Notes: generated by a model from the letters alone, not told the origin. 64,000 nucleotides of DNA from Escherichia coli (GCF_044324785.1 NZ_CP172127.1), one strand, 5' to 3'. Shown: positions 45,681 to 58,120, counted from the first letter of the stretch. Translations and numbers: made by a program.

Positions 45681-46580
45681 ATGTCGCGAAAAGATGGGGT
45701 GTTGGCGCTACTGGTAGTGGTCGTATGGGGGCTGAATTTTGTGGTCATCAAAGTGGGACTTCATAACATGCCACCGCTGATGCTGGCCGGTTTGCGCTTT
45801 ATGCTGGTCGCTTTTCCGGCCATCTTTTTTGTCGCACGACCGAAAGTACCACTGAATTTGCTGCTGGGGTATGGATTAACCATCAGTTTTGCGCAGTTTG
45901 CCTTTCTGTTTTGCGCCATTAACTTTGGTATGCCTGCTGGACTGGCCTCGCTGGTGTTACAGGCACAGGCGTTTTTTACTATCGTACTTGGCGCATTTAC
46001 TTTCGGTGAGCGGCTGCATGGCAAACAATTGGCGGGGATTGCCTTAGCGATTTTTGGCGTACTGGTGTTAATCGAAGATAGTCTGAATGGTCAGCATGTG
46101 GCGATGCTCGGCTTTATGTTGACCCTGGCGGCAGCATTTAATTGGGCGTGTGGCAACATCTTCAATAAAAAGATCATGTCGCACTCAACGCGTCCGGCGG
46201 TGATGTCGCTGGTAATCTGGAGCGCATTAATCCCAATCATTCCCTTCTTTGTTGCCTCGCTGATTCTCGATGGTTCCGCAACCATGATTCACAGTCTGGT
46301 CACTATCGATATGACCACCATCTTGTCTCTGATGTATCTGGCGTTTGTGGCGACAATTGTTGGTTATGGGATCTGGGGGACGTTACTGGGACGCTATGAA
46401 ACCTGGCGGGTTGCACCGTTATCGTTACTGGTGCCCGTAGTAGGACTGGCAAGTGCGGCACTATTGCTGGATGAACGCTTAACGGGTCTGCAATTTTTCG
46501 GTGCGGTGCTCATTATGACCGGGCTGTATATCAATGTATTTGGCTTGCGGTGGCGTAAAGCGGTAAAGGTGGGAAGTTAA
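45681..46580 (+). CDS. eamA: Cysteine/O-acetylserine exporter (DMT superfamily)
   Basis: ORF 45660-46580; start at MSRKDGVLALLVVVVWG (299 aa). Confidence 0.9.
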   Translation: MSRKDGVLALLVVVVWGLNFVVIKVGLHNMPPLMLAGLRFMLVAFPAIFFVARPKVPLNLLLGYGLTISFAQFAFLFCAINFGMPAGLASLVLQAQAFFTIVLGAFTFGERLHGKQLAGIALAIFGVLVLIEDSLNGQHVAMLGFMLTLAAAFNWACGNIFNKKIMSHSTRPAVMSLVIWSALIPIIPFFVASLILDGSATMIHSLVTIDMTTILSLMYLAFVATIVGYGIWGTLLGRYETWRVAPLSLLVPVVGLASAALLLDERLTGLQFFGAVLIMTGLYINVFGLRWRKAVKVGS

Positions 46581-46610
46581 TAAGCCCCGAGATGTCGGGG
46601 CCAGAACAAA

Positions 46611-46829
46611 CTACATAGCGTGTTGATTATAATAGGGCACGCCGAGCGCATCCGACTTATCACTGCCAGTACCCATGTGATTTAAATCAAACGGTGGTTG
46701 TTCCTGCGATGGGGGAACAACCACGACATTGGCACAGGAAGTAACAACCGGCTGCGTGGTTTGTTCCGCAATGCCCTGCGTGGAAAAGAGAATAAGCGCA
46801 GCTGCTATTGCGGATAAAAGTGGTTTCAT
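46611..46829 (-). CDS. marB: MarB periplasmic protein
   Basis: 72 aa MKPLLSAIAAALILFSTQGIA... Confidence 0.9.
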   Translation of the reverse strand: MKPLLSAIAAALILFSTQGIAEQTTQPVVTSCANVVVVPPSQEQPPFDLNHMGTGSDKSDALGVPYYNQHAM

Positions 46830-46860
46830 GATTGCCTCAGTGACGTTGTCACGTTATCAA

Positions 46861-47244
46861 CTAGCTGTTGTAATGATTTAATGGATGTAAAAAGCGCGAT
46901 TCGCCCTGCATATTGGTCATCCGGTATTTATGCGGCGGAACATCAAAGTAATTTTTGAAGGTTCGGGTCAGAGTTTGTTGCGACTCGAAGCCATATCGTT
47001 CTGCCAGATAGAGTATCGGCTCGTTACTTTCCTTCAGCTTTTGCGCGATTTCCGTCATCTTACGGCTGCGGATGTATTGGCCTAATGAATGACCGGTTTC
47101 TTTTTTAAACATCCGTTGCAGGTGCCATTTGGAGTAACCCGAACGCTCTGACACTTTCTCCAGTGACAGTGGCGATTCCAGGTTGTCCTCGATCCAGTCC
47201 AAAATGCTATGAATGGTAATAGCGTCAGTATTGCGTCTGGACAT
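46861..47244 (-). CDS. marA: MarA AraC-family transcriptional activator
   Basis: ORF 46861-47250; start at [22 protein letters not shown]. Confidence 0.95.
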
Positions 47245-47264
47245 CGTCATACCTCTTTTTTTGT

Positions 47265-47699
47265 TTACGGCAGGACTTTCTTAAGCAAATGCTCAAGTGT
47301 TGCCACTTCGTCCGCCGTCAGGTTTTTTGTTAATTCTTGGTGCAGGTCCTGGCCAACTAATTGATGGCATTGTTCACATATTGCCGCGCCGCTGGTGGTA
47401 AGTTTTACCAGTACGCCGCGCTTATCATTCGGGTTCGGCAACCTTTCCACCCAGCCTTTACAGACCAGGCGATCCAGCATACGGGTCAGTGCTCCCAGGT
47501 CGACCGACAATACCTTTTTCAGTTCAACCGGAGTAATACACGCCGCGCAGCGGATAGAGCAGAGCACCTTAAACTGTGCCGCGGTAATATCCAGCGGAGA
47601 CAGATACTCGTTAAGCAGGCGATCTTTCTTCTGATTAACCATATGGATTAAGCGACCCAATGGAATAATTTCATTGAACAGATCGCTGGTACTTTTCAC
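47265..47699 (-). CDS. marR: MarR repressor
   Basis: 144 aa [29 protein letters not shown]... Confidence 0.95.
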
Positions 47700-47800
47700 A
47701 TTAGTTGCCCTGGCAAGTAATTAGTTGCAGAGGATAATATTGCCCAGGCAAGTATAAGTCAAATGAATGAATTGACCGATGCCACGTTTTGCTAAATCGG
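47700..47800 (-). promoter_or_regulatory. marO operator/promoter with two MarR-binding palindromes TTGCCCTGGCAA (47705-47716) and TTGCCCAGGCAA (47740-47751)
   Basis: Two near-identical palindromes read directly upstream of marR on its coding strand. Confidence 0.6.
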
Positions 47801-47910
47801 TTCAAGTTTTGGTCAATGCGATGCAAGGTTAGCTAAAGAGTGACACTTTATCCTTGTTTACCCCTTATACTTTTCGCTGATAACCCAGATACACAGGATA
47901 ACAACCACCA

Positions 47911-48576
47911 ATGTTAGATTTGTTTAAAGCAATTGGCCTGGGGCTGGTGGTGTTACTACCGTTAGCTAACCCATTAACAACTGTCGCGTTATTTCTTGGC
48001 CTGGCAGGCAACATGAACAGTGCCGAACGTAATCGTCAGTCGTTGATGGCCTCGGTGTACGTCTTTGCCATCATGATGGTGGCGTATTACGCCGGGCAAC
48101 TGGTGATGGATACATTTGGCATTTCGATTCCCGGTCTGCGAATTGCAGGCGGCTTAATCGTCGCGTTTATCGGTTTTCGGATGCTCTTTCCGCAACAGAA
48201 AGCAATTGATTCACCGGAAGCGAAAAGCAAGTCGGAAGAGCTGGAAGATGAACCCAGTGCCAATATTGCTTTTGTACCACTGGCAATGCCTAGTACCGCC
48301 GGACCGGGAACCATTGCGATGATTATTAGCTCGGCGTCCACTGTGCGTCAGAGTTCAACCTTCGCTGATTGGGTACTGATGGCTGCGCCGCCGCTGATCT
48401 TTTTCCTGGTGGCGGTTATTTTGTGGGGAAGTCTACGCAGCTCTGGCGCAATTATGCGGCTGGTGGGCAAGGGGGGAATTGAAGCGATCTCCCGCCTGAT
48501 GGGATTCCTGCTGGTATGTATGGGCGTGCAGTTTATTATTAACGGCATCCTGGAAATCATTAAAACGTACCATTAA
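47911..48576 (+). CDS. marC: MarC-family inner membrane protein
   Basis: 221 aa [22 protein letters not shown]... Confidence 0.9.
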   Translation: MLDLFKAIGLGLVVLLPLANPLTTVALFLGLAGNMNSAERNRQSLMASVYVFAIMMVAYYAGQLVMDTFGISIPGLRIAGGLIVAFIGFRMLFPQQKAIDSPEAKSKSEELEDEPSANIAFVPLAMPSTAGPGTIAMIISSASTVRQSSTFADWVLMAAPPLIFFLVAVILWGSLRSSGAIMRLVGKGGIEAISRLMGFLLVCMGVQFIINGILEIIKTYH

Positions 48577-48597
48577 AAAAGGCCCGAATGGGCCTTT
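48575..48597. terminator. Bidirectional intrinsic terminator between convergent marC and ydeA
   Basis: A-run, hairpin GGCCC-GAAT-GGGCC, T-run. Confidence 0.5.
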
Positions 48598-48600
48598 CAA

Positions 48601-49791
48601 CTATTGCGTCTGTTCTTCGAGTGTCACTGGCCAGCGGCGAAAAATGATGATTGACCATATTAACGCGGCAAAAGCAGGCACCGCGCCCACATAACCAATC
48701 ATCGACATTGACCAGTGCAGACTGACCTGATTACCTACCAACGCGCCAGCGCCGATTCCAATATTAAATATCCCCGAGAATAGCGCCATCGCGACATCGG
48801 TGGCATCTGGTGCCAGCGCCAGCACTTTAACCTGCATACCAAGCCCGATGATCATCATCGCGATCCCCCAGAAAATACTTAGCACCCCGAGGTGTATTTC
48901 ACTGTTCGCCGCAGGTAGCAGCAGTGCGAGGCACACCAGCAACAGCGCAATCGCCGTACTCACCAACGCAGACGCATACTGATTACCCAGTTTCCCGAAA
49001 ATCACGCTGCCAATAATGCCCGCACCACCGAGTAATAACAGTAATGCCGTGGCAAAGTTGGCGCTGAATCCCGCAATGTTTTGCACAAAAGGCTCGATAT
49101 AGCTGTATGCCGTGTAATGGGCGGTGACAACCACCACAGTTAACAAATAAATGCTCATTAATGCCGGGCGGCGGAACAATAGCGGGAGGCTTTTCAATGA
49201 ACCGGAATGCTCACTGGGCAGCAAGGGAAGTAACTTAATCAGGCACAAAAGGGTAATAAACGCCCCGATACCAATCGCGAAGAAGGTCATTCGCCAGCCA
49301 AAATACTGCCCCACAATGCGCCCGAGAGGTAAACCTAATACCATTGCCAGTGCTGTACCGGTGGCAATTAAACTCAACGCCTGCGCTCGCTTCCCGGCCG
49401 GAGCCATACGGATCGCCAGAGACGCCGTAATCGACCAGAAAATCGCATGTGCAAAAGCCACACCAATGCGACTGATCACCAGAACGGTAAAGCTCCACGA
49501 CAAAAACGACAGTACGTGGCTGGCAATAAACACCACAAACAGGCAGATCAGTAATTTGCGTCGTTCAACCTGGCTGGTCATTAACATAAAAGGCAATGAC
49601 ATTAGCGCCACTACCCATGCATAAATCGTCAACATGATGCCGACCTGAGCGGTTTGCATGTGAAAACTTTGCGCAATGTCAGAGAGCAGGCCAACAGGGA
49701 CAAATTCGGTGGTGTTGAAGATGAAGGCGGCGACTGCCAGCGTAACGACCCGTAGCCACGCCACTTTGCGGGAAACAGTGTTTGTTGTCAT
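48601..49791 (-). CDS. ydeA: MFS sugar efflux transporter
   Basis: 396 aa, 12-TM profile. Confidence 0.9.
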   Translation of the reverse strand: MTTNTVSRKVAWLRVVTLAVAAFIFNTTEFVPVGLLSDIAQSFHMQTAQVGIMLTIYAWVVALMSLPFMLMTSQVERRKLLICLFVVFIASHVLSFLSWSFTVLVISRIGVAFAHAIFWSITASLAIRMAPAGKRAQALSLIATGTALAMVLGLPLGRIVGQYFGWRMTFFAIGIGAFITLLCLIKLLPLLPSEHSGSLKSLPLLFRRPALMSIYLLTVVVVTAHYTAYSYIEPFVQNIAGFSANFATALLLLLGGAGIIGSVIFGKLGNQYASALVSTAIALLLVCLALLLPAANSEIHLGVLSIFWGIAMMIIGLGMQVKVLALAPDATDVAMALFSGIFNIGIGAGALVGNQVSLHWSMSMIGYVGAVPAFAALIWSIIIFRRWPVTLEEQTQ

Positions 49792-49940
49792 AACAGATTA
49801 TCGGGTGAGTTGCGAAAAAGTGATGAAATGATCTTAAAACGGTTAATGATGTGAATACAATGCATTTGTGATCTGGATCGCGTTTTCCGTTTCTCTGACG
49901 CTGATTCTGTTCCGCGTCAGAGAGTCGGTAACATCACGGT

Positions 49941-51056
49941 TTAATGACGTTCAGGGAGGTCTGGCGTTTTGGCGGTTGCGGGTATAGGTGATCTGACAGG
50001 GGAGCGAGGCCTGTTTTTCACCAGGTCTTCGTGAGTAACTTTTGGCGGCGTTTCATTTTTTACAAAAAGTTTGAGGGTCCTGCGCGCCATATGTTTGATA
50101 ATTTTATCATCACTTAATGATGCTGGCATCAACACGTCATTCAAATCACTTTCATTGGGATTCATAAATTGGTGATAGTGCAACAACATATTGGCGAAAA
50201 ATAAAAACAAGTCCTGAAAATGTGGAAAATCTTGTTCTGCTAAAAGGGATAAAAAGCAGATACAGACTTCGGGTAGTACATGTTTGTTAGAACCTAATGA
50301 ATCCATCAGACTTTGCAATAAATCCTCTTTTAATTCGCTGTCCTTTATGTCAAGAATGGCGGTGATCAAGTTAGGCTCTTTATTGACGAACCATCTGTGA
50401 ACTTCAGAGTTATTCCATAATCGGGGGAGTATGACAAAATTACCGCGAGAGATAAAATTCAGGACAAGCAAATCAAACTGGCGTAAGTAATCTGCAGCGG
50501 TATGGTGATCCGGAGGCAGGGGTTCAATATGTGGTGTATGCGCTCTTTTGATGGGAACGCCAGGGTTGATCATTGGAAATTGTTCAATAAAATCATTCAG
50601 AAACAGAAAGAGCACACGCTCGACGCCGGTCTGAAATACGCGCCCCATAGTGACAGGCTTTGGGTTGGGAGCGCAAAAAATATTAATTTCTCCATCATGG
50701 CGAAAATTATCTAAATAAATAGGGCTTAAATTTATTACTACCTGAAATTCAATATTTTCTTTGTGTCTTCCATTCTTGACGGGATAAGTGAGTTTAAACT
50801 GAACCTTTTCATTGTATAGCGTGTCGTTACCCCGGAAAGAAGTCCTCTGAATATATGATAAGTTATCAAGGTTATTAAATATCTTTTTTGTGGCTGAGTT
50901 GATGTTTAAAGACGTGCGCCACTCTTCATCACATATTATGGTACTGAGTGCATCAATAAAATCCTTTAAAACTTCTTTTACCTGAGGTGCAATATTACGT
51001 ACGGGAAAATCATCAGGAAGAGATATGTAATTGCTGATGCTTACTGGCGTAACCAT
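49941..51056 (-). CDS. yneK: YneK protein of unknown function
   Basis: 371-aa ORF, AT-rich gene. Confidence 0.8.
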   Translation of the reverse strand: MVTPVSISNYISLPDDFPVRNIAPQVKEVLKDFIDALSTIICDEEWRTSLNINSATKKIFNNLDNLSYIQRTSFRGNDTLYNEKVQFKLTYPVKNGRHKENIEFQVVINLSPIYLDNFRHDGEINIFCAPNPKPVTMGRVFQTGVERVLFLFLNDFIEQFPMINPGVPIKRAHTPHIEPLPPDHHTAADYLRQFDLLVLNFISRGNFVILPRLWNNSEVHRWFVNKEPNLITAILDIKDSELKEDLLQSLMDSLGSNKHVLPEVCICFLSLLAEQDFPHFQDLFLFFANMLLHYHQFMNPNESDLNDVLMPASLSDDKIIKHMARRTLKLFVKNETPPKVTHEDLVKNRPRSPVRSPIPATAKTPDLPERH

Positions 51057-51139
51057 ATTTGCCCCATATAGTCATAAGTCATCGGAGCATCACTATATAG
51101 AGCATATTAGCCGCAAGAACTATCAAAAATAGCTCATTG

Positions 51140-52015
51140 CTAACTCTGTTTTGCCGAGTCAGACACATCCAGTAGTTGAATAAATGCCTCAAGCGGACGC
51201 GTTTTCGCACCGCGACGCCAGACCAGCCAGGTTGTTAACCAACGCCATTGCTCAGCTAACGGCCACGCTTCAACCTGGTGATGCCCCGGCATACTTTCCA
51301 GCATAGAGCGTGGAATAAGCGCAATGCCTGCTCCTGCGACCACACAGGCCAACATCCCGTGATACGACTCCATCTCGTGAATAGTTCCCGGAGCGGCACC
51401 GTCAGCATGAAACCAGCTCTCGAAGTGGCGACGATACGAACAATTGGCGCGGAAGGCATAAATGTTACTGCCATTAACCTGACTGGCACGGGTTACTGGC
51501 GCATGTCCTTGTGGCGTGACAATCATCAGCTCCTCGCGGTACACCGGTATCCCGTCAATGGCAGTATGGTTAATGGGCCCATCAATAAACGCCGCATTCA
51601 GTTTTCCCTCCAGCACCCCTTCCAGCATAGTGCCGGAAGGGCCGGTGGAAAGTGAAAACTGAATTTTGGGATAACGACGGTTAAATTCCGCCAGCGTGGC
51701 CGGAATGCGCACTGCAGCGGTGCTTTCCAGCGAACCAAGAGAAAATAAACCTTGCGGCTCATCGCCAGCGACAACGCTCCGCGCTTCATCCACTAACGCG
51801 AGAATTTGTTGGCTATAGCGTAAAAAGTTATGCCCGGCAGGCGAGAGACGTAAACGCTGATTCTCGCGAATAAACAGATCAACCCCCAGTTCTGTTTCCA
51901 GCTGGCGTAGACGGGTAGTGAGATTCGACGGCACGCGATGCACTTTTGCTGCAGCCTGGGTTATGCTGCCAGCTTCGGCAACCGCGTTGAACATCTCCAG
52001 TTGGGTCAGATCCAT
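51140..52015 (-). CDS. yneJ: LysR-family transcriptional regulator
   Basis: 291 aa; N-terminal [43 protein letters not shown]. Confidence 0.85.
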   Translation of the reverse strand: MDLTQLEMFNAVAEAGSITQAAAKVHRVPSNLTTRLRQLETELGVDLFIRENQRLRLSPAGHNFLRYSQQILALVDEARSVVAGDEPQGLFSLGSLESTAAVRIPATLAEFNRRYPKIQFSLSTGPSGTMLEGVLEGKLNAAFIDGPINHTAIDGIPVYREELMIVTPQGHAPVTRASQVNGSNIYAFRANCSYRRHFESWFHADGAAPGTIHEMESYHGMLACVVAGAGIALIPRSMLESMPGHHQVEAWPLAEQWRWLTTWLVWRRGAKTRPLEAFIQLLDVSDSAKQS

Positions 52016-52115
52016 AATATTCTCGATTCGTGAATAAGTGGCTTAATATTATTCATTTTAAAGCAAGAGTAAATCTGCGTATCTTCATACAATGACTCAT
52101 AAAGGAGATACCCCG

Positions 52116-53504
52116 ATGACCATTACTCCGGAAACTCATGCAATTTCGATAAATCCTGCCACCGGTGAACAACTTTCTGTGCTGCCGTGGGCTGGCGCTG
52201 ACGATATCGAAAACGCACTACAGCTGGCGGCAGCTGGCTTTCGCGACTGGCGCGAGACAAATATAGATTATCGTGCTGAAAAACTGCGTGATATCGGTAA
52301 GGCTCTGCGTGTCCGTAGCGAAGAAATGGCGCAAATGATCACCCGTGAAATGGGCAAACCAATCAACCAGGCGCGCGCTGAAGTGGCGAAATCGGCGAAT
52401 TTGTGTGACTGGTATGCAGAACATGGTCCGGCAATGCTGAAGGCGGAACCTACGCTGGTGGAAAATCAGCAGGCAGTTATTGAGTATCGACCGTTGGGGA
52501 CAATTCTGGCGATTATGCCGTGGAATTTTCCGTTATGGCAGGTGATGCGTGGCGCGGTTCCCATCATTCTTGCTGGTAACGGCTACTTACTTAAACATGC
52601 GCCGAATGTGATGGGCTGTGCACAGCTCATTGCCCAGGTGTTTAAAGATGCGGGTATCCCACAAGGCGTATATGGCTGGCTGAATGCCGACAACGACGGC
52701 GTCAGTCAGATGATTAAAGACTCGCGCATTGCTGCTGTCACGGTGACCGGAAGTGTTCGTGCGGGAGCGGCTATTGGCGCACAGGCTGGAGCGGCACTGA
52801 AAAAATGCGTACTGGAACTGGGCGGTTCGGATCCATTTATTGTGCTTAACGATGCCGATCTGGAACTGGCGGTTAAAGCGGCGGTAGCCGGACGTTTTCA
52901 GAATACCGGACAGGTTTGTGCAGCGGCAAAACGCTTTATCATCGAAGAGGGAATTGCTTCGGCATTTACCGAACGTTTTGTGGCAGCTGCGGCAGCCTTG
53001 AAAATGGGCGATCCCCGTGACGAAGAGAACACTCTCGGACCAATGGCTCGTTTTGATTTACGTGATGAGCTGCATCATCAGGTGGAGAAAACTCTGGCGC
53101 AGGGTGCGCGTTTGTTACTGGGCGGGGAAAAGATGGCAGGGGCAGGTAACTACTATTCGCCGACGGTTCTGGCGAATGTTACCCCAGAAATGACTGCGTT
53201 TCGGGAAGAAATGTTTGGCCCCGTTGCGGCAATCACCATTGCGAAAGATGCAGAACATGCACTGGAACTGGCTAATAATAGCGAGTTCGGCCTTTCAGCG
53301 ACCATTTTCACCACCGACGAAACACGGGCCAGACAGATGGCGGCACGTCTGGAATGCGGTGGGGTGTTTATCAATGGTTATTGTGCCAGCGACGCGCGAG
53401 TGGCCTTTGGTGGCGTGAAAAAGAGTGGCTTTGGTCGTGAGCTTTCCCATTTCGGCTTACACGAATTCTGTAATATCCAGACGGTGTGGAAAGACCGGAT
53501 CTGA
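52116..53504 (+). CDS. sad: NAD-dependent succinate semialdehyde dehydrogenase
   Basis: ORF 52092-53504; start at [20 protein letters not shown] (462 aa); ALDH catalytic motifs (ELGGSDP, Cys in QVCAAAKRF). Confidence 0.9.
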   Translation: MTITPETHAISINPATGEQLSVLPWAGADDIENALQLAAAGFRDWRETNIDYRAEKLRDIGKALRVRSEEMAQMITREMGKPINQARAEVAKSANLCDWYAEHGPAMLKAEPTLVENQQAVIEYRPLGTILAIMPWNFPLWQVMRGAVPIILAGNGYLLKHAPNVMGCAQLIAQVFKDAGIPQGVYGWLNADNDGVSQMIKDSRIAAVTVTGSVRAGAAIGAQAGAALKKCVLELGGSDPFIVLNDADLELAVKAAVAGRFQNTGQVCAAAKRFIIEEGIASAFTERFVAAAAALKMGDPRDEENTLGPMARFDLRDELHHQVEKTLAQGARLLLGGEKMAGAGNYYSPTVLANVTPEMTAFREEMFGPVAAITIAKDAEHALELANNSEFGLSATIFTTDETRARQMAARLECGGVFINGYCASDARVAFGGVKKSGFGRELSHFGLHEFCNIQTVWKDRI

Positions 53505-53567
53505 CGCGACATATTCAGCTCTGATATACTCGCAGGTCTTTTCAGACCTGCGGTCCAGGAGTAGAAA

Positions 53568-54494
53568 GTGGCAGTCGCCATGGATAATGCAATTTTAGAA
53601 AACATCTTGCGGCAAGTGCGGCCGCTCATTGGTCAGGGTAAAGTCGCGGATTATATTCCGGCGCTGGCTACGGTAGACGGTTCCCGGCTGGGCATTGCTA
53701 TCTGTACCGTTGACGGACAGCTTTTTCAGGCCGGAGACGCACAAGAACGTTTTTCCATTCAGTCTATTTCCAAAGTGCTGAGTCTCGTTGTCGCCATGCG
53801 TCATTACTCCGAAGAGGAAATCTGGCAACGCGTCGGCAAAGATCCGTCTGGATCACCGTTCAATTCTTTAGTGCAACTGGAAATGGAGCAGGGTATTCCG
53901 CGTAATCCGTTTATTAATGCCGGTGCGCTGGTGGTCTGCGATATGTTGCAAGGGCGATTAAGCGCTCCTCGGCAACGTATGCTGGAAGTCGTGCGCGGCT
54001 TAAGCGGTGTGTCTGATATTTCATACGATACGGTGGTAGCGCGTTCCGAATTTGAACATTCCGCGCGAAATGCGGCTATCGCCTGGCTGATGAAGTCGTT
54101 TGGCAATTTCCATCATGATGTGACAACCGTTCTGCAAAACTACTTTCATTACTGCGCTCTGAAAATGAGCTGTATAGAGCTGGCCCGGACGTTTGTCTTT
54201 CTGGCTAATCAGGGGAAAGCTATTCATATTGATGAACCTGTGGTGACGCCAATGCAGGCGCGGCAAATTAACGCGCTGATGGCGACCAGTGGTATGTACC
54301 AGAACGCGGGGGAGTTTGCCTGGCGGGTGGGACTACCAGCGAAATCTGGCGTTGGTGGCGGTATTGTGGCGATTGTTCCGCATGAAATGGCCATCGCAGT
54401 CTGGAGTCCGGAACTGGATGATGCAGGTAACTCGCTCGCGGGTATCGCCGTCCTTGAACAATTGACGAAACAGTTAGGGCGTTCGGTTTATTAA
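53568..54494 (+). CDS. glsB: Glutaminase 2
   Basis: 308 aa; serine-dependent beta-lactamase-like glutaminase fold (SISK motif). Confidence 0.9.
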   Translation: MAVAMDNAILENILRQVRPLIGQGKVADYIPALATVDGSRLGIAICTVDGQLFQAGDAQERFSIQSISKVLSLVVAMRHYSEEEIWQRVGKDPSGSPFNSLVQLEMEQGIPRNPFINAGALVVCDMLQGRLSAPRQRMLEVVRGLSGVSDISYDTVVARSEFEHSARNAAIAWLMKSFGNFHHDVTTVLQNYFHYCALKMSCIELARTFVFLANQGKAIHIDEPVVTPMQARQINALMATSGMYQNAGEFAWRVGLPAKSGVGGGIVAIVPHEMAIAVWSPELDDAGNSLAGIAVLEQLTKQLGRSVY

Positions 54495-54853
54495 TGCAGT
54501 CTCTCGATCCACTCTTCGCGCGTTTATCCCGTTCAAAATTTCGCTCTCGCTTTCGTTTGGGCATGAAAGAGCGTCAGTATTGTCTGGAGAAAGGCGCGCC
54601 AGTCATCGAACAACATGCGGCGGATTTTGTCGCTAAACGTCTTGCTCCGGCATTACCGGCTAATGACGGTAAGCAAACCCCCATGCGCGGGCATCCGGTG
54701 TTTATCGCTCAGCACGCCACCGCGACCTGCTGTCGCGGTTGTCTGGCTAAGTGGCATAACATTCCGCAGGGTGTTTCGTTAAGCGAGCAACAACAACGTT
54801 ATATCGTGGCGGTAATCTATCACTGGCTGGTTATACAGATGAATCAGCCATGA
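54494..54853 (+). CDS. yneG: YneG (DUF4186) protein
   Basis: 119-aa ORF directly after glsB. Confidence 0.85.
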   Translation: MQSLDPLFARLSRSKFRSRFRLGMKERQYCLEKGAPVIEQHAADFVAKRLAPALPANDGKQTPMRGHPVFIAQHATATCCRGCLAKWHNIPQGVSLSEQQQRYIVAVIYHWLVIQMNQP

Positions 54854-54991
54854 GAATTGCGGAAAACGATAAAATAGCATTCCCAGGGTATCTTTATTTG
54901 CCGCCGCTGTCAGCGAACATGCTATCCTTTATGAGAATTTACTTATTACGTTGAGATAATTGCCACCCGCAATTGTATGGACAGATAATTA

Positions 54992-56410
54992 ATGCATGTA
55001 CACCCCATTTCAACTTTCCGTGTGTTCCAGGAAGGTCATCTGCTACGTAATAGCATCGCTATTTTTGCGCTAACCACGCTGTTCTATTTTATTGGTGCAG
55101 AGTTACGGCTGGTTCACGAACTTTCTCTTTTCTGGCCGCTGAATGGCGTAATGGCGGGGGTGTTTGCGCGCTATGTCTGGCTTAATCGACTGCATTACTA
55201 TGCGATCAGTTATGTGGCGATGCTGGTTTATGATGCCATAACCACCGAATGGGGACTGGTTTCACTGGCTATCAATTTCTCCAATATGATGTTTATTGTT
55301 ACCGTCGCCTTACTGGTCGTGCGGGATAAGCGTCTGGGGAAAAATAAGTATGAGCCAGTAAGTGCCTTACGGCTATTTAATTACTGTCTGATTGCCGCAT
55401 TATTATGCGCTATTGTCGGGGCGATTGGTTCGGTCAGTATTGATAGTCTGGATTTCTGGCCTTTGCTTGCCGACTGGTTCAGTGAGCAATTCTCAACGGG
55501 CGTGTTGATCGTGCCTTGTATGCTGACATTGGCAATTCCTGGAGTGCTGCCGCGCTTTAAAGCAGAACAGATGATGCCCGCTATCGCGCTTATTGTGTCG
55601 GTTATTGCCTCGGTAGTCATTGGCGGAGCGGGGAGTCTGGCGTTCCCGCTGCCTGCATTAATCTGGTGTGCAGTGCGCTATACGCCGCAGGTAACATGTC
55701 TGTTGACCTTTGTTACCGGTGCGGTGGAAATCGTACTGGTGGCAAATTCGGTGATTGATATCTCGGTCGGTTCGCCGTTCTCCATTCCGGAAATGTTCTC
55801 CGCACGTCTCGGTATTGCTACGATGGCGATATGCCCAATTATGGTTTCTTTTAGCGTGGCAGCGATCAATTCGCTAATGAAGCAAGTTGCGCTGCGAGCC
55901 GACTTTGATTTTCTGACTCAGGTTTACTCACGGTCCGGTCTTTATGAGGCGCTGAAAAGTCCATCGCTGAAACAGACACAACATCTGACTGTCATGCTGC
56001 TTGATATCGACTATTTCAAAAGCATTAACGATAACTATGGACATGAATGTGGCGATAAAGTGTTAAGCGTGTTTGCCCAGCATATTCAGAAGATTGTCGG
56101 TGATAAGGGGCTGGTGGCGCGAATGGGCGGCGAAGAATTTGCTGTTGCAGTGCCATCAGTGAATCCTGTCGATGGTCTGCTAATGGCGGAAAAAATCCGT
56201 AAAGGCGTTGAACTGCAACCGTTCACCTGGCAACAAAAAACGCTTTATCTCACGGTAAGTATTGGCGTCGGTAGTGGTTGCGCATCGTACCGAACGCTGA
56301 CCGATGACTTTAATAAATTGATGGTCGAAGCTGATACGTGTCTGTATCGCTCGAAGAAAGATGGGCGCAACCGTACCAGCACTATGCGTTACGGTGAGGA
56401 AGTTGTCTGA
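54992..56410 (+). CDS. dgcF: Membrane-anchored diguanylate cyclase
   Basis: 472-aa ORF; multi-TM N-terminal sensor, C-terminal GGDEF domain with GGEEF; true start may be downstream. Confidence 0.8.
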   Translation: MHVHPISTFRVFQEGHLLRNSIAIFALTTLFYFIGAELRLVHELSLFWPLNGVMAGVFARYVWLNRLHYYAISYVAMLVYDAITTEWGLVSLAINFSNMMFIVTVALLVVRDKRLGKNKYEPVSALRLFNYCLIAALLCAIVGAIGSVSIDSLDFWPLLADWFSEQFSTGVLIVPCMLTLAIPGVLPRFKAEQMMPAIALIVSVIASVVIGGAGSLAFPLPALIWCAVRYTPQVTCLLTFVTGAVEIVLVANSVIDISVGSPFSIPEMFSARLGIATMAICPIMVSFSVAAINSLMKQVALRADFDFLTQVYSRSGLYEALKSPSLKQTQHLTVMLLDIDYFKSINDNYGHECGDKVLSVFAQHIQKIVGDKGLVARMGGEEFAVAVPSVNPVDGLLMAEKIRKGVELQPFTWQQKTLYLTVSIGVGSGCASYRTLTDDFNKLMVEADTCLYRSKKDGRNRTSTMRYGEEVV

Positions 56411-56636
56411 CATCTTTATTCATTCTGCGCGATTTAAATGCAATGTGTTCTACCACTTTATGATCGAAGAAAAGGCGTATTTCCTCGATTAAACCATGAT
56501 CCGCGCCACACTTTTCTCATAAAACTGCTCATTAATCATCAGGAGTTGATCAAAACAGGGGTTCGGCGTATTAAAGTTTGCTAACCTGTCGTACCAATTC
56601 AAACAGGTTGTATGACTAATCAGAAGGGAACCCATT

Positions 56637-58088
56637 GTGAAAACACTAAAACGTCGCGATTTTCCCGGTGCACAGTATCCAGAACGTATCATTCAGTTTG
56701 GTGAAGGTAACTTCCTGCGCGCCTTTGTTGACTGGCAAATTGATCTCCTGAATGAGCACACCGATCTGAATTCTGGCGTGGTCGTTGTTCGTCCGATTGA
56801 AACTTCATTCCCGCCGTCACTGAGCACGCAGGATGGTCTGTACACCACCATTATCCGTGGTCTGAACGAGAAGGGGGAAGCGGTCAGCGACGCGCGTCTG
56901 ATTCGCTCGGTTAATCGTGAAATCAGCGTCTACAGTGAATACGATGAATTCCTGAAACTGGCGCACAACCCGGAAATGCGCTTTGTTTTCTCTAACACCA
57001 CCGAAGCGGGTATCAGCTACCATGCGGGCGATAAATTCGATGACGCGCCAGCGGTAAGTTATCCGGCAAAACTGACACGTCTGCTTTTCGAGCGTTTTAG
57101 CCATTTCAACGGTGCGCTGGATAAAGGTTGGATCATCATCCCGTGTGAGTTGATCGACTACAATGGCGACGCGTTGCGTGAACTGGTGCTGCGCTATGCG
57201 CAAGAGTGGGCACTGCCAGAAGCATTTATTCAATGGCTGGATCAGGCTAACAGCTTCTGTTCTACGCTGGTGGACCGTATCGTTACCGGTTATCCGCGCG
57301 ATGAAGTGGCTAAACTGGAAGAAGAACTGGGTTATCACGATGGTTTCCTCGACACCGCTGAACACTTTTACCTGTTTGTGATTCAGGGGCCGAAATCCTT
57401 AGCGACTGAACTGCGTCTGGACAAATATCCGCTCAACGTGCTGATTGTTGACGATATTAAACCGTATAAAGAACGCAAAGTGGCAATACTCAACGGTGCG
57501 CACACCGCGCTGGTGCCGGTAGCGTTCCAGGCAGGGCTGGATACCGTAGGTGAAGCGATGAACGATGCTGAAATTTGCGCATTCGTTGAAAAAGCCATCT
57601 ACGAAGAAATTATTCCGGTACTGGATTTGCCACGCGATGAGCTGGAGTCTTTCGCCAGTGCAGTCACCGGACGTTTCCGTAACCCGTACATCAAGCATCA
57701 GCTGCTGTCTATCGCGCTCAACGGTATGACCAAGTTCCGCACCCGTATCCTGCCGCAGCTGCTGGCAGGGCAGAAGGCAAACGGCACACTTCCGGCGCGC
57801 CTTACTTTCGCATTAGCGGCATTGATTGCGTTTTATCGCGGTGAGCGTAACGGAGAAACATATCCGGTACAGGACGATGCACACTGGCTGGAACGTTATC
57901 AGCAACTCTGGAGCCAGCATCGTGACCGTGTTATCGGCACCCAGGAACTGGTAGCGATTGTTTTGGCAGAAAAAGACCACTGGGAGCAGGACCTGACGCA
58001 AGTGCCTGGACTGGTCGAGCAGGTTGCTAAGGACCTGGATGCGATTCTCGAAAAAGGAATGCGCGAAGCTGTACGCCCGTTGTGCTAA
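56637..58088 (+). CDS. uxaB: Altronate oxidoreductase (tagaturonate reductase)
   Basis: 483 aa [38 protein letters not shown]... Confidence 0.95.
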   Translation: MKTLKRRDFPGAQYPERIIQFGEGNFLRAFVDWQIDLLNEHTDLNSGVVVVRPIETSFPPSLSTQDGLYTTIIRGLNEKGEAVSDARLIRSVNREISVYSEYDEFLKLAHNPEMRFVFSNTTEAGISYHAGDKFDDAPAVSYPAKLTRLLFERFSHFNGALDKGWIIIPCELIDYNGDALRELVLRYAQEWALPEAFIQWLDQANSFCSTLVDRIVTGYPRDEVAKLEEELGYHDGFLDTAEHFYLFVIQGPKSLATELRLDKYPLNVLIVDDIKPYKERKVAILNGAHTALVPVAFQAGLDTVGEAMNDAEICAFVEKAIYEEIIPVLDLPRDELESFASAVTGRFRNPYIKHQLLSIALNGMTKFRTRILPQLLAGQKANGTLPARLTFALAALIAFYRGERNGETYPVQDDAHWLERYQQLWSQHRDRVIGTQELVAIVLAEKDHWEQDLTQVPGLVEQVAKDLDAILEKGMREAVRPLC

Positions 58089-58097
58089 TACTCTGAA

Positions 58098-58120
58098 CCC
58101 GGTTTCGACCGGGTTTCTCA
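58098..58120 (+). terminator. Intrinsic terminator after uxaB
   Basis: Hairpin CCCGG-TTTCGA-CCGGG followed by TTTCTCATTT. Confidence 0.45.
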
